A stretch of DNA of 60,867 bases from Chiloscyllium plagiosum (GCF_004010195.1 NC_057719.1:11541047-11601913), one strand, 5' to 3'; positions 23,200-36,140 are shown, numbered from the stretch's first letter. Numbers and translations are program-made. The notes: a model not told the origin generated them from the letters alone.

Positions 23200-23465
23200 G
23201 TGAAGGGACGATCTTTGAGAACTGAGATGAGAAGGGATTCTTTTACCCAGTGGGTGGTGAATTTGTGGAACTTACTGCTGCAGAGAGGTGTGGAGGCCAC
23301 GTCATTGAGTATGTTTTACATAAGTTATTGATGATTAAAGGGATTAAGGATTACAGGGAGAAGGCAGGAGAATGCTGTTGAGAAACATATCAGCTATGAC
23401 CAAATGGTGGAACAGTCCCAATGGGCCAAAAGGCCTAATTTTACTCTTGTGTCTAATGGTCTTAT
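23200..23465 (+). mobile_element. Old CR1 3' end
   Basis: GAGATGAGAAGG.ATT.TTTTACCCAG.GGGTGGTGAAT..GTGGAA. Confidence 0.7.
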
Positions 23466-24415
23466 TTTCATCTCACTTAATTAAGTCAGCCTGTATGCCA
23501 TAGTTCCCACTCTTATCAACTCCATTAACAACCACGACCAAGGGTTTCATGAGCAGAATGTTTGAGTTCTTGCAGAATATTGGCTTTTAGTAGGAATAGG
23601 AGTTTATTGGAAGAATGTGTGACCTTCTCTCAATCCATAATACCAATCCATTATTCACGCTGCTCAGTTACCAGTGAAGGTGAATGAATCCCACCCCATC
23701 CCCACCTCCCCACCCCCAACTGCACGCTCCATGCCCCACACACAAAGGAGCTATTGGACCTGTGTGAGTCAGACAGCCACCATTCTATCTGATGGTAGGT
23801 CAGAGCATTAAACACCAGTCCATAGTTAAAAAAGATGAGACAAAGCAAACTAGATTCTGTCTCAGAATGGGACAGAAGATGTGATAAATCAAGGGGTCAC
23901 AGCAATGACAGTGAGGTAAGCTAAAGACATTGATTGCTCAGTAATGCAGAACTGAAGCATTGTTAAAAAGAGGACATGACATTGAAACATTTCATCTCAT
24001 TACAACTTAGAAAGGAAGCAATAGGTTACACAGTCTGGGTTGACTATGGTTGACATGGAGATGCAGCTGTAGCAGGAGCTGTTAACTGTCATTGTTACCT
24101 GATTAAATTGATGTTGTCTTGGCTGTGCAGCAAGGATTGGCTGTCTCCATAGCCGTTTCTTCAGCGAAAAAGATGCATTGTGCAAATATTTACACATTCT
24201 GCCGACAAAGTACAGGGCCTTTAGTGAGAATAAATGTATCATCAGAAGGCACAGATGAATCACATTGCAAGCCTGACTGATAAACATAACTTGATACCTG
24301 GTGTATTTCAGTCAGGATTATTTTGTAAATGTTGTCCAATAGCAGGACAATTGCATTTTGTGAATGCAAGCTGGTTGAACACAGTCAGTACATTGCTCGC
24401 AGCAGTCAAAGGAAT

Positions 24416-24730
24416 AGTGGCACAGTGGTTAGCACTGCTGCCTCACAGCGCCAGAGACCTGGGTTCAATTCCCGCCTCAGGCGACTGACTGTGTGGAGTT
24501 TGCACGTTCTCCCCATGTCTGCGTGGGTTTCCTTCGGGTGCTCCGGTTTCCTCCCACAGTCCAAAAGATGGGCAGGTCAGGTGAATTGGCCATGCTAAAT
24601 TGCCCGTAGTGTTAGGTAAGGGGTAAATGTAAGGGTATGGATGGGTTGTACTTCGGCAGGTCGGTGTGGACTTGTTGGGCCGAAGGGCCTGTTTCCACAG
24701 TGTAATGTAATGTAATCTAATCTAATCTAA
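24416..24730 (+). mobile_element. HE1-type SINE, young, with (TAATG/TAATC)n tail
   Basis: GTGGCACAGTGGTTAGCACTGCTGCCTCACAGCGCCAGAGACCTGGGTTCAATTCCC. Confidence 0.9.
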
Positions 24731-24959
24731 TGAATGTGTTGCTTAACAGTCATTGGTGTGTATGATCTATATTCCTGGCATTGCACTGGCACTGAAACTC
24801 ATATATCACACACATGTGCCATTCTGCACTAATAGGATGTTGCAATCAAGCCAAAAACATTTTTACCTACCACACAAGTGATTAATGTGACATATGATTT
24901 AAACACATTCTCTTGACCATTCAAAGTGGGTTGCACATTGCATTTTTTTTTTCACCTGT

Positions 24960-25215
24960 AGAAATGGCTTTAGAGACAGCCAGTCATCTCTCTGGCAATA
25001 CCCTGACAAATCAAAATCAACTTACCTGGTTTTAATTTAATCAGTCAACAAAGATAGTTAACAGTTCCTACTGTCCCTGCATTGTCCAAGCAGTCAGCAC
25101 TTTCCCTTCATGCTGTATAAATAATTGTGCCCTTTGTAAGTTGGTTTTGTTGTGTTTCAGTCCTGATGAGTGCAAGTCAAAAAACAAATTTACTATGTGT
25201 TTCTGTTTAGCAATA
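24960..25215 (+). mobile_element. Possible decayed PLE pLTR (further family)
   Basis: TATAAAT at about 25116, then GTC-CTGATGA-GTGCAAG at 25160; a related reversed piece at about 49340-49435. Confidence 0.35.
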
Positions 25216-25309
25216 TATATGCATCTTTCCATCATGTAAATATATGCATATTATGTCCATATTTAAACTACTTCCAACCTGTTCACTCATGTGCTACATC
25301 TCTGAACCC

Positions 25310-25670
25310 TCTGCTCATAGAGATCTACAAAGAAAAGCCCTTCCACCCATTGAGTCTGCACAAGTCAAAAACAAGCATCGAACTGTTCTAATGCCATTTC
25401 CCAGCACTTAGCCCATAGCCTTGGCATTGCAAGTGCACATCTAAATACTTCTTAAATGTTATTATGTTTTCTGCCTCTACCATCTTGTAGGCAGTGAGTT
25501 TCAGTTTCTCATGACATTCTGGGTCAATTTGTTTTTCCTCACATCTCCTCTAATTCTCCTGCACCTTATCGTAATCTGTGATCCGTCGTCATTGATCAAT
25601 CCATCATGGGGAAAAGTTACTTGCTGCCTACCCTGTCTATGGTCCTCATAATTTTACAGCTCTCAACTAA
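25310..25670 (-). mobile_element. Older CR1 3' fragment
   Basis: CCAGCACTTAGCCCATAG...GGCAGTGAGTTTCAG. Confidence 0.7.
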
Positions 25671-25676
25671 TCTTAT

Positions 25677-26002
25677 GGGTGGCACAGTGGTTAGCACTGC
25701 TGCCTCACAGAGCTAGGGACCTGGGTTCAATTCTTGCCTTGGGCAACAGTCCGTGTGGAGTTTGCAAATTCTCCCCATGTCTGCGTGGGTTTCATCCAGG
25801 TACTCCGGTTTCCCCCACAATCCAAAGATGTGCAGGTCAAGTGAATTAACCATGATAAATTGCCTATAATGTTAGGTGCATTAGTCAGGGGTAAATATAG
25901 GGTAGGGGAATGGGTCTGGGTGGGTTACTCTTCAGAGGGTCAGTGTGGACTTGTTCAGCCGTACGGCCTGTTTCCATACTGTAGGGAATCTAGTCTAATC
26001 TA
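25677..26002 (+). mobile_element. HE1-type SINE
   Basis: Head GGGTGGCACAGTGGTTAGC through GGGAATCTAGTCTAATCTAA tail. Confidence 0.88.
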
Positions 26003-26799
26003 ACCATTCCCACACTGAAAAACCTCTCTCCACTGATACTATCCATGGTGCTGAAGAGGGAGTCTCCTGAATAAAAGCTCAGGGCAATTGCTCAAAGCAA
26101 CATGTAACAAGAACTAACTATAAACTTAGAGCTTGCAATTGCAGTGGTTTGTGATTGCACTTCCCCACATACAACAGATGCTGTCAGTACCTATTTATGA
26201 AGAACGATCATTACATTTTAGCAGTCTACATTTTGCTTAATAAGGGATTGTGTCAGGGTCATTTATGCCCCTTAATCATCATAATTCTCTCTGAGCTGTA
26301 TGAAGATTTTTTAAAAATTCATTTCCAAGGACCAAAAAGAAAGATCCTTGTTTGGTCAGAGCAACAGCACAGGCAATATTTCTCTGAAACTAGCAGATTG
26401 TCTCTCCTCAGAACTCGCAGTAAGAACAGTCTATCGGTGCAGAGAAGATCACAGGTGATAGCGTCACTAGCCCCTCGTCAGTGAAATTGAATAATTTCCC
26501 CTATCTCTCCAATTTGGCAAAGAGGGTTCTCAAAATCTAAGCACCTCAGTGAATAGAATTAAATGAGGTGGTGCAAAATGGAATTCCAATGTGGGAAGAA
26601 AGAGGGATGAAGATATTTTCATCCAGGGTTCTTCAGAAATAACAGTGAAATCCAGCTGCTGTCCTGATTTGAAGCCAGAGATCCAATTTTACATCAGGGA
26701 GGGTAACAGGGGCTCAGGCAAAAAGAGGTGACAATCTGACCCCAAACAACTTCCCAAACCTTGAGACCTTCATGGGTTTAATCTTTGGGCCTCATTTTC

Positions 26800-27200
26800 A
26801 CCAGCCTCCCTGTACTCTCCCCTCCACTTCACTCACTTCTCTGTCCCTGCATTCACCTGTCATTCAGATATCCACCTTCTCTCTACCACTCATCCACTTT
26901 TCTGAGTCTCTATCTCCCTTGCCTACCTACCCTCTCCTCAGTCCACCCTCTCCCTATATCCCTATACCCTAAGCACCCCTCACTGATCCTCCACCCACCT
27001 TCCCCTCTCCTCCACACAATCTCACTCATCCTCCATTCACTTGCTTGTCTCCTCCACATCCCCTCCTTTACCCTCACCCACCCTCCACCTACCCTTACTC
27101 ACCTGCCTTCCCCTTTACTATCTTCGATTTTGAAATCTTGTGTAGAACTCCCTCCCCTCCTCTCACCAGCTCACAGCACTATTTCCTCTTTTTGATTCTC
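26800..27200. repeat. Pyrimidine-rich low-complexity tract
   Basis: C/T-dominated degenerate sequence. Confidence 0.75.
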
Positions 27201-28039
27201 TCTGGTTCTACTGCTTCTGATTGTCTAGCTTTGGATAACGCTATATTCAATGGCTATCCATCTCTGACTCAACCCTCCCATGTTCTCTTCTTGCCCCATA
27301 CCAACTCCCTTTGTTTCATTTTACTCAGTCTTACGTAAACTTCTAACTTCTTGCTTTACAGATGGACTTACATTTTAGCCTACACTGGTAGAGCAGTTAG
27401 TAGTACTTCCAGAATTTTCTGTAGCCAGGACTCCACGTTCCTTGTTTAGTACAGTCAGAAGTTTAGTTGCTGACTTGACTGGTATTTTGCTCAAATGGCC
27501 CAAAGTGCCTTTGTGCCAGTGTGACAGCCTCATAGTTAATATGTAGCAGGAGGATTAAATTGCAGCCTATCACGGGTATAAGTTATTTGCTAAACCATAT
27601 ATTTCACCAGAACATATTTCATACATGGTCATCTCTAGTAATTACGCCAACAAGATTTATGTTCTGAAATCTTTACACTCAGCAGTATAAACCGAGCCAT
27701 TAGTTAGCCATTTATAATGAAAAAATAATGTTATAAATTACACTAGATTCATAAATCTAATGTGTTCAATTTCCAGCAATAACTATTTTTATTCTCAGAG
27801 AAGACACAAATGTCAGGCTTGGCTTTGTAGTCAGGTGACTCAGAAAGCAGCACACTTAGATATAGTTCTTTGAGCTAAAGGGATCAAAGGGTATGGGGAG
27901 AAAGCAGGAACAGGTTTAATGATCATATTGAATGGTGGTACAGGCTCGAAGGGCCACATGACTTACTCCTGTCCCTATTCTCTATGTTTCTTGCCTCTGA
28001 CAACAGAGTAATCAGACCAGCCATGATGTTTATGGAATA

Positions 28040-28323
28040 GCAGATCAGGCATGAGGGGCTGGGTGGCCTCATCCTGTTCATCATTCGTACAGTTCATCAT
28101 TTTGAGGAGTGTGAGATGTAGCCTCACTCTAGAGACCTGAGCACAGCACTCAGACTGTCACTCAATTGCCAACACCGAGGAAATTTGGCGTTAGCTGGGC
28201 CAGTAGCCGTGCTTGGGACAGGGGCAGGGTCATAGGGACAAGGTCTGGGTGAGGAGCAGTATTCCTGAGTTCAATTTCTGGTCTCTAGTTAGAAGTGAGA
28301 GGAGATGATAAACTGAGCTCCCA
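28040..28323 (+). repeat. 284-bp donor segment duplicated at 29431-29714
   Basis: Sequence reads identical by eye, GCAGATCAGG...GAGCTCCCA. Confidence 0.92.
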
Positions 28324-28479
28324 TCCATTCTCAAAAAACAGCTAACACTTACACCTCATCAATGTCATGAAATTATCCAGTTGCTATCACGTTGCTGCTT
28401 GTGGGATCCTGGTGTACCCAAATTGGCTGATGTATTCACCCATTCACCACAGTGATTACATTTCAAAATCTTGGATCAA

Positions 28480-28625
28480 CGTCCTGGAATTCCTCCCTAA
28501 GGGCTTCGGGGTCTGCCTGCATCAAATGGGCTGCAGCGGTTTAAGAGGCAGCTCACCACCACCTTCTCAAGGGCATGTAAAGACTGGCAATAGGCCCAGT
28601 GATACCCACATCCTATAAAAATAAC
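28480..28625 (+). mobile_element. 3' tail of a CR1/L2-clade LINE (tail resembles the second SINE type)
   Basis: CTGCAGCGGTTTAAGAGGCAGCTCACCACCACCTTCTCAAGGGC...CCCACATCC. Confidence 0.6.
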
Positions 28626-29048
28626 TACTTCAATGTCGGTAAAGAGACAGCTGGACTTTGTGAGAGATGCTAGATAAATGCAAGGTTTGTTTTGGTCAGT
28701 GAACATTAAGTTTGCAATTGGAAGAAGGTTGCAACGACATCAAAGAATCATATTTCTATCTTCTAATCAGAGGAAGTAACTCAGCTGTAAAACTGCATCA
28801 CAGCCCCCAATAATTAATACTGTCTAAAATCAGATGGAAAGTCCATCGACAGTGACATTCATGGGAATTGCGAAATGTGCTGCGCTAGCTTGAGGTATTA
28901 GTTTGACTCAGTTTGGTTAGATGCTCATCTCTAACTGAAGATTCATGGGTTCAAGCCCCACCAGGTGTTGCACTGTTAGACTTCCACACTCTTTTGGGTA
29001 AGGCCTTGATCCCAGGATCTGTAGCCTCTTCTAATGGGCTGAGTGACT

Positions 29049-30126
29049 TTTTTGCAAGGTCTGTGAAGGTTTGTAGCTCAGGTTGAGGTTTAGGGTGTAG
29101 GTTTGCTCGCTGAGCTATAGGTTTGATATCCAGACATTTCATTACCTGGCTAGGTAACATTGTCAGTGGCGACCTCCAAGTGAAGTGAAGCTGTTGTCTC
29201 CTGCTTTCTATTTATATCTTTCTCCTGGATGGGGTTCCTGGGGTTTGTGGTGATGTCATTTCCTGTTCGTCACAGTCGAAAGAAAGGACAATGGAGAACT
29301 ACAAACCTGCGTATACAGAAAACCGACAAACACTGACCAAATACTTAACTACACCAGCAACCATCCCAACACACACAAACAAAGCTGTATCAGAACACTA
29401 TTCCAACGAGCCACCACACACTGCAGCACTGCAGATCAGGCATGAGGGGCTGGGTGGCCTCATCCTGTTCATCATTCGTACAGTTCATCATTTTGAGGAG
29501 TGTGAGATGTAGCCTCACTCTAGAGACCTGAGCACAGCACTCAGACTGTCACTCAATTGCCAACACCGAGGAAATTTGGCGTTAGCTGGGCCAGTAGCCG
29601 TGCTTGGGACAGGGGCAGGGTCATAGGGACAAGGTCTGGGTGAGGAGCAGTATTCCTGAGTTCAATTTCTGGTCTCTAGTTAGAAGTGAGAGGAGATGAT
29701 AAACTGAGCTCCCAAAGTTAGCCACCAGGATACACGAACACCAGCTAGCCACAAAAAGACACAACCCTCTCTCCCTCTTAGCCCCACACACGGATGAAAA
29801 AAACCACCATTTCAACTGGGACAACACATCTATCCTGGGACAGGCTAAGCAAAGACATGCCAGAGAATTCCTAGAGGCCTGGCACTCCAACCACAATGCC
29901 ATAAACAAACACATAGATCTAGATGCCATCTATAAGCCCCTCAGAAAACAAACAGGAAATGACATCACCACAAACCCCAGGAACCCCATCCAGGAGAAAG
30001 ATATAAATAGAAAGCAGGAGACAACAGCTTCAGTTCACTTGGAGGTCGCCACTGATGATGTTACCTAGCCAGGTAATGAAATGTCTGGATATCAAACCTA
30101 CAGCTCAGCGAGCAAACCTACACCCA
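29049..30126 (+). mobile_element. Penelope-like retroelement, 5'-truncated, inverted pLTR + RT thumb + GIY-YIG end + pLTR (family C)
   Basis: Inverted pLTR at about 29068-29270; VYRKPTNTDQILNYTSNHPNTHKQSCIRTLFQRATTHCS; RIHEHQLATKRH...HHFNWDNTSILGQ..RHAREFLEAWHS; 13-bp TSD GGGCTGAGTGACT at 29036-29048 and 30127-30139. Confidence 0.92.
30049..30088 (+). ncRNA. Minimal hammerhead ribozyme motif in the Penelope pLTR
   Basis: CCA-CTGATGA-T-GTTACC TAGCCA GGTAAT-GAAA-TGTC-TGG. Confidence 0.85.
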
Positions 30127-30789
30127 GGGCTGAGTGACTGTTGAGGGTCCCTTTGGCTCCACATTAATAAAAACTCAAAGCTTATCAAGTGATATGACAG
30201 AGAAGGCTCCCACCCAGACTATCATGCCAACTCTCCTGATATCTTTGCCAACATGCCTCCCTTGAACAGGCCCAACAATTAAGAAACCTCATTATTTCCT
30301 TCCTTCCTATCTCAAAGTGGTTGGCTGTTTGCTGGGGTTATGATTTATGACAGAGGGGCTCCAACACGCTAACTGGATCAATAACAGAGGAGAGGCAAGT
30401 TCCATCCTTGGCCGATGCTGGCACTTTCTACAAGGGGAGCTGGATAGCAATCTTTACTATCCACCCTACTGTGGCATGAAAGAAAGAATTGCATTTATAC
30501 AGTGCCTTTCACAACCTCAGGATGTTCCTGGTGCACTTTCCAGTCCAATGAAGTACTTTAGAAGTAGAAAACACTGCAGCCAATCTCATAAAAATGACCA
30601 GATATGCATTTTTTGTAAAGTGATGTTAGCCAAGGAACTGATGTCAGTGTTGCAAGGATCTGAAAGGTTATTACCAAAGAATAGCTTCAACACCACCCAC
30701 TATAACAATCTCATTCAGACTGGTTTAAAGGGAAGGACAGCTTAGGACATTCAAGGATGTCCAAGTTTCTCCTCAGAATCTATTTTGGA

Positions 30790-31110
30790 ATTTTTCATGG
30801 AATGTGGGAGTTGCTGACAGCATTAGTTGTTCATACCTAATTGCCCTTGATCTAAGTGACAGAGTCAACCAAATCGCTGTCTGTCACATGTAAGCCAGAC
30901 CAGGTAAGAATGGAAGATTTCCTTTCCTCATGGGCTTTAGGGAACCAGATAGGCTTTTAATCACAATCAATAATGATTTCATAGTCACCATCATTGTTAA
31001 CTCACTTCAAATTCCAGACTTGTCGATTGAACTTAAATTTATGCCAAGGTGGGATTTGTACACGTGACTCCTTGGTATTAGCCCGATCCTTTAGATTACA
31101 TTATGATTGT
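30790..31110 (-). mobile_element. Second tRNA-SINE type, decayed
   Basis: GTCACATGTAAGCCAGACCAGGTAAG...GAACCAGAT. Confidence 0.6.
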
Positions 31111-31189
31111 GACACCTTTCTTTAAAGTGATGTTGGGCCAGACACTGGGAATCTCTGAAACACTATCCATCATATATCAATCACAAATA

Positions 31190-31860
31190 TATAAAATAGT
31201 TGCGACACTAGACCTTTCGGTTCTTTAAAGCTTCTCTGCTATTCAATAAAATCGTGGCTAATCTGTTGATATTCTATATTCCACATTCCCATCTAACTTG
31301 ATAGCCCATGGTTCTCTTACCCAATGAGAATCTATCCATCGCCACCTTAAAAATAATCAATGACTCCACCTCCACTACCAACCTGAGGCAGAGAGCACCA
31401 AAGTCCCATGATCCTCTGACAGAAAATATTTCCACTTGTCTCACTCCTCAAGGGCGACCCCTAATTTTAAGCAGCAATCTTTTTCTCATCCGCCTTGTCA
31501 AAATCATTCAGAATCTTTTACTCTTTAATCAATGTGTACTCTTCTAAAATCTAGTGGATGTAAGCCCAAAATGTCCAATCTTTCCTCATAACACAATGTA
31601 CTTATTCTGTGTATCAATCTAGTAAAACTCCTTTGAGCTGTATCCAACATATTTACATCCTCAAACAACTGAACAAAATATTTGCAATTTGGTGTCAACA
31701 ATGCCTTGTATAAGTGAAGTATTGCATCCTTTTACGTTCAATGCCTTACATAATAAAGAACAGCATCCCATTAGTCTTCTTAATTATTGGCTGTACCCTG
31801 AATACTAAAATTTTGTGACTCAGGTACTAGAATGTCTAGATTCCTGTGCATCTCAATTAA
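31190..31860 (-). mobile_element. Old CR1 fragment
   Basis: AATCTATCCATC.CCACCTTAAAAATA...CCAATCTTTCCTCATAA...CCCATTAG. Confidence 0.6.
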
Positions 31861-32267
31861 TCAGTGTAACTTATACATCATTTCTATCATGTAATAAACT
31901 ACATATTGTTTAAGGCAAGAACTGCTTTTTGTTAGTCAAGCAAGTGGATTCCTCTGCCGCACCAAACTAAGCAGGTCCTGCAGATCCCTCCTGTAAAGGA
32001 GGATGGTGATAGCAGACCTAGCCCCATAGTGAGCCATAGGGCAGACAGTCCTGTGCCACCCAGTGGATAGCAGTGAGAAGTGTTCTCAGAACAGTCAATT
32101 CCTGTGCTCTGCTTTGAAAGACTGAAATCTTTTAAGTCCACCCAAGGAGACAGAGATGTCTTTGGTGAAGCAACTCATCCAAAAACAAAAGTAGGATCCC
32201 TTCTAGTATTTCACTGAGCCCCCAGCTTCAATGATGATCTCCAATCTCCTGAGCGGAATTCACATGT

Positions 32268-32770
32268 AGAGTCATAATGTGCTACAACACGGAAACAGAC
32301 CCTTCAGTCCAACTCGTCCATGCCAACCAGATACCCAAAATTTATCTAGTGCCATATGCCAGCATTTGGCCCATATCCCTCCAAACCTTTTCTATTCATA
32401 TACCCAGCTGAAAATGTGTTGCTGGAAAAGCACAGCAGGTCAGGCAGCATCCAAGAAGCAGGAGAATCGACGTTTCGGGCATGAGAAGAAGGGCTTATGC
32501 CCGAAACATCGATTCTCCTGCTCCTTGGATGTTGCCTGACCTGCTGCACTTTTCCAGCAACACATTTTCAGCTCTGATCTCCAGCATCTGCAGTCCTCAC
32601 TTTCTCCTATTCATATACCCATCCAGATGTCTTTTATATGTTGTACCAGTCCCTTTAGCAGTTCATTCCATACTTAGATGATCCGCTGCATAAAAGGTTT
32701 GCCCCTTAGGACTCTTTTAAATCTTTATCTTCTCCCCTTAAACCTATGCCCTCTAGTTCTGGACTCCCCC
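32268..32770 (-). mobile_element. CR1/HER1 3' end, interrupted by a PLE hairpin
   Basis: GGAAACAGACCCTTCAGTCCAAC...CTTAAACCTATGCCCTCTAGTTCTGGACTCCCC. Confidence 0.85.
32407..32606 (+). mobile_element. PLE family A inverted-repeat element
   Basis: Inverted arms; 15-bp TSD CTATTCATATACCCA at 32392-32406 and 32607-32621. Confidence 0.88.
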
Positions 32771-33635
32771 CACCCCACACTAAGGAATCAGAAAACATCT
32801 TTAAAGCCTTTCACCAGAAATTGCATTGTCCATGCAAATATGTTGCAGAGAATTTCTTCTGTCCATCAATTGCATCCTCTTTAACATCTTAATAGGGGTA
32901 CTTATCTGGGCCATCACTGAGGCTGGGAAAAATACTCTTTCCCTATAAACAAAAAAAAATTGCCAAACACTTCTTCACGAAAACAGTGACATCTTTAAAG
33001 TGGCTTTATGTCTGCAACTATTCATCTTGCTTCATTTCATCTAATAATCCACCAAAGATATTGCATGTTACATTCTAAGTGAATATGGGTCACAGTTACC
33101 ATTAAGATCACTGAAGCATATGCTGTCTGTGTGATAGGTAATTTGCTAGACTTTCACTAGTCTGCCCTTGAATTGACTTCAGATTAATTAAAACTATCTT
33201 TTTGAGAAGGGGAATATATGCTGAACTTGATTGGAAATGATTTACTCCAATATTTTATTACTTTAATTTTCTTTTCTGAGTGATCTAGTTAGGTCATATA
33301 TTGAAATACTAAAACATTGATTGAGTTTTTGCATCAACGTTATCTGCTTTACTTTACAAGGGTGAAAAAGACAACTTTTTATTAATTCACCCATGGGTCA
33401 TGGGCATCACTGGCTGTGCTAGTATTTATTGCCCAACCCCAGTTGCCCTAGACTGGCTGTGAATGACAGACAAGTCAAAGCAAAATTCTACAGATGCTGC
33501 TAAAGTGTCCAACAAAGCTCAGTGCAAGATGGGGGAAGGCTTCACTTCCTGCTCAGGCCCTTTACAGGCTGTAGCACTCAAAATCACATTCCATAATTTC
33601 AAAGCAAAACCTCTGTCTTCCATTTTTACAGAACA

Positions 33636-34062
33636 GGGAGAAAGTGAGGAGTGCAGATGCTGGAGATCAGAGTCGAGAGTGTGTTGCTAGAAAAGCACAG
33701 CAGGTCAGGCAGCATCCAAGGAGAAGGAGAATCGATGTGTCGGGCGTAAGCCCTCCTGTGCTTTTCCAGCACTACACTCTCGATTCTGATCTCCAGTATC
33801 TGCAGTCCTCACTTTCTCTCAGTTGATTTTAACCTTACTGCGAAGCCTCTTCCAAGGGTGCCCACCTTGAAGAAGTTCTCCTCCTTTCTCTACAAAGATC
33901 TCAGTGAGTCCCTCTCTCACTGTACCCACCAAGTCCTCTCCTCTGCCCTGAAGTTTTTCAGCCACGTTCTCAAGCAAACTCGCTACCACAGCCATATCTC
34001 CTTCCTCAGTGTCTGCCTACGGTAAGAAGGGCTTATGCCTGAAACATCGATTCTCCTGCTCC
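33636..34062 (+). mobile_element. PLE family A hairpin followed by a probable PLE ORF N-terminus and another pLTR piece
   Basis: Hairpin 33636-33820; frame from 33858 ...SSALKFFSHVLKQTRYHSHISFLSVCLR; AAGAAGGGCTTATGCCTGAAACATCG at about 34024. Confidence 0.65.
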
Positions 34063-35215
34063 CCAGAGATAATGGAGGCGTTAGTGGTGATCTTTCAAGA
34101 ATCACTGGAGTCAGGAAGGAATCCAGAGGACTGGAAAATCTGTAAAGAAACTCCTCCCCCCCACATCCCCAAGCCAAATCAGCCTGACCTCAGTCACTGG
34201 TACGATATTGGAGCACATTGTGAAGGATGAGATTTCTGGATACTTGGAGCATGGTAGACAGGGCAAAGTCAACTTGGTGTCATCAAGGGGAGGTCATGCC
34301 TGACAAATCTGCTAGAATTATTTGAGGAGGCAATGATCAGGTTACACCAAGGAGAATCAATGAATGTTATCTACTTGAACTTCAAGAAGGCTTTTGACAA
34401 GGTGCCGCACAGGAGGCCACTGAGTTAAGATAAGGGCCCATGGTGTCAGAGGCAAGGTGCTAGCGTGGTTTGAAGCTTGGCGGTCTGGCAGAAAGCAGAG
34501 AGTGGGGATAAAAGGGCCTTTCTCAAGATGGCATCCGGTGACAAGTGGTGTTCCGCAAGGGTCAGTGTTGGGACCACAACTTTTCACTTTATACATTAAC
34601 GATCTCAATGAAGGAACTGAGGGCATTCTGGCTAAGCTTTCAGACAATACAAAGATAGAGGGCATTCTGGCTAAGCTTTCAGACAATACAAAGATAGGTA
34701 GAGGGACAGGTGGCATTGAGGGGGTAGGGAGGCTGCAGAAGGATTTGGACAGGTTAGGAGAGTGGGCAAAGAAGTAGCAGATAGAGTACGAACTGAGGGC
34801 ATTCTGGCTAAGCTTTCAGACAATACAAAGATAGATAGAGGGACAGGTGGCATTGAGGGGGTAGGGAGGCTGCAGAAGGATTTGGACAGGTTAGGAGAGT
34901 GGGCAAAGAAGTAGCAGATAGAGTACAACGTGGGAAAGTATGAGGTTATGCACTTTGATAGAAGGAATAGAGGCATGGACTATTTTCTAAATAGGCAGAA
35001 AATTCAGAAATCTGAAGTGCAAAGAGACTTGGGAGTTCTAGTCCAGGATTCTCTCAAGGTAAACTTGCAGGTTGAGTCAGTAGTAAGGAAGGCAAATGTA
35101 ATGATAGCAATTATTTTGAAAGGACTTTAAAGTAAAAGCAGGGATGTACTGCTGAGGCTCTATAAGGCTCTGGTCAGACCACATTTGGAGTACTGTGCAC
35201 AATTTTGGGCCCCAG
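34063..35215 (+). mobile_element. CR1 RT fragment (left half of the host element; continues at 46274-46660)
   Basis: [57 protein letters not shown]. Confidence 0.88.
34614..34926 (+). repeat. Nested tandem duplications (137 bp and 39 bp) within CR1
   Basis: GAGGGCATTCTGGCTAAGCTTTCAGACAATACAAAGATA occurs three times. Confidence 0.9.
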
Positions 35216-35414
35216 AAAGGTAAGTTCTCCATTTAAAAAGTTACCTCGCAGTAGCCTTCATTTCTGCAGCGGGAGCAGCAAGAGAGGAAACCAGGGTGCT
35301 GTTGGGAAGGTAAATTCTTCATTTAAAACTTACCAAAGCGCAGAGGCTTCTGGGATATTTTTTCCCCTACAGGTATATAATTTGGGTATTTCCTAAACCC
35401 AAGAGCCTACGCCT

Positions 35415-36140
35415 TGTTACGACCCAAAGTAAACCCCCTCTTCCCTCAGTATTTTAAACCAGCAACACAGAAAAGATTTACCCCGTGCGGTAATCTGTGA
35501 AAATTTGTGAGGCCAAGAGTTATTCCCAAAGGTCACTTATTAAAGTAAAAATTAACAATTTTATTTCTTGAAGTGTAACAGAGAATAATTAACTAACAGC
35601 TATTTACAACTTCTTTCTCTAACCTATCTTTAACCTTCCCCTTCTACAATACTTACCCAACAAAACCCCCTGATTAAGATTTCCCAAAAATTCAAATTTC
35701 AAAACCAGACAGCTGCCAAATCTTCTCTTTATATCTTCCTCAGTCTTCTTCTTAGGGGTTTCTGTTTCACAGGTCACTGATCAATAAAGTTACCTTTAAG
35801 AGAACTGTTTTCTGGGCACTCTGTACATGCTGATAGCTTGGCAGTTCTCTCCCAACTGTTCAATTTTCCCAGTCTTATACCCCCAAAGCATCAGATTGTG
35901 TCATTGCCTTTTAATATTGTCAATATACTAAATTCAAACTTTATTGGAGTTTGGTTTTATTTGAGATATAATTTAAACTGATTGGCCTAATTCAAATTTG
36001 CTTTCATCTCCAGGCAACCAGCTACACTGGCTGACCAAAAGGTTACATTATATCTTGTTCAGATCACTTGGTGCTGTCAGGTAGTTCTGCTAGTCTTTAA
36101 CTTTCTTAAGAGAACAGAACACTTCTACACCTTCATAACA
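35415..36140 (-). repeat. 3' LTR (726 bp)
   Basis: TGTTACGA...TCATAACA; PPT (minus AATGGGGGAGG) at 36141-36152. Confidence 0.9.

Noticed and set aside
24416..24490. tRNA gene
   Set aside because: The A/B boxes belong to the SINE head and continue into the SINE body
26772..27338. Overlapping Leu/Pro/Ser-rich ORFs
   Set aside because: Low-complexity pyrimidine tract lacking stop codons by composition
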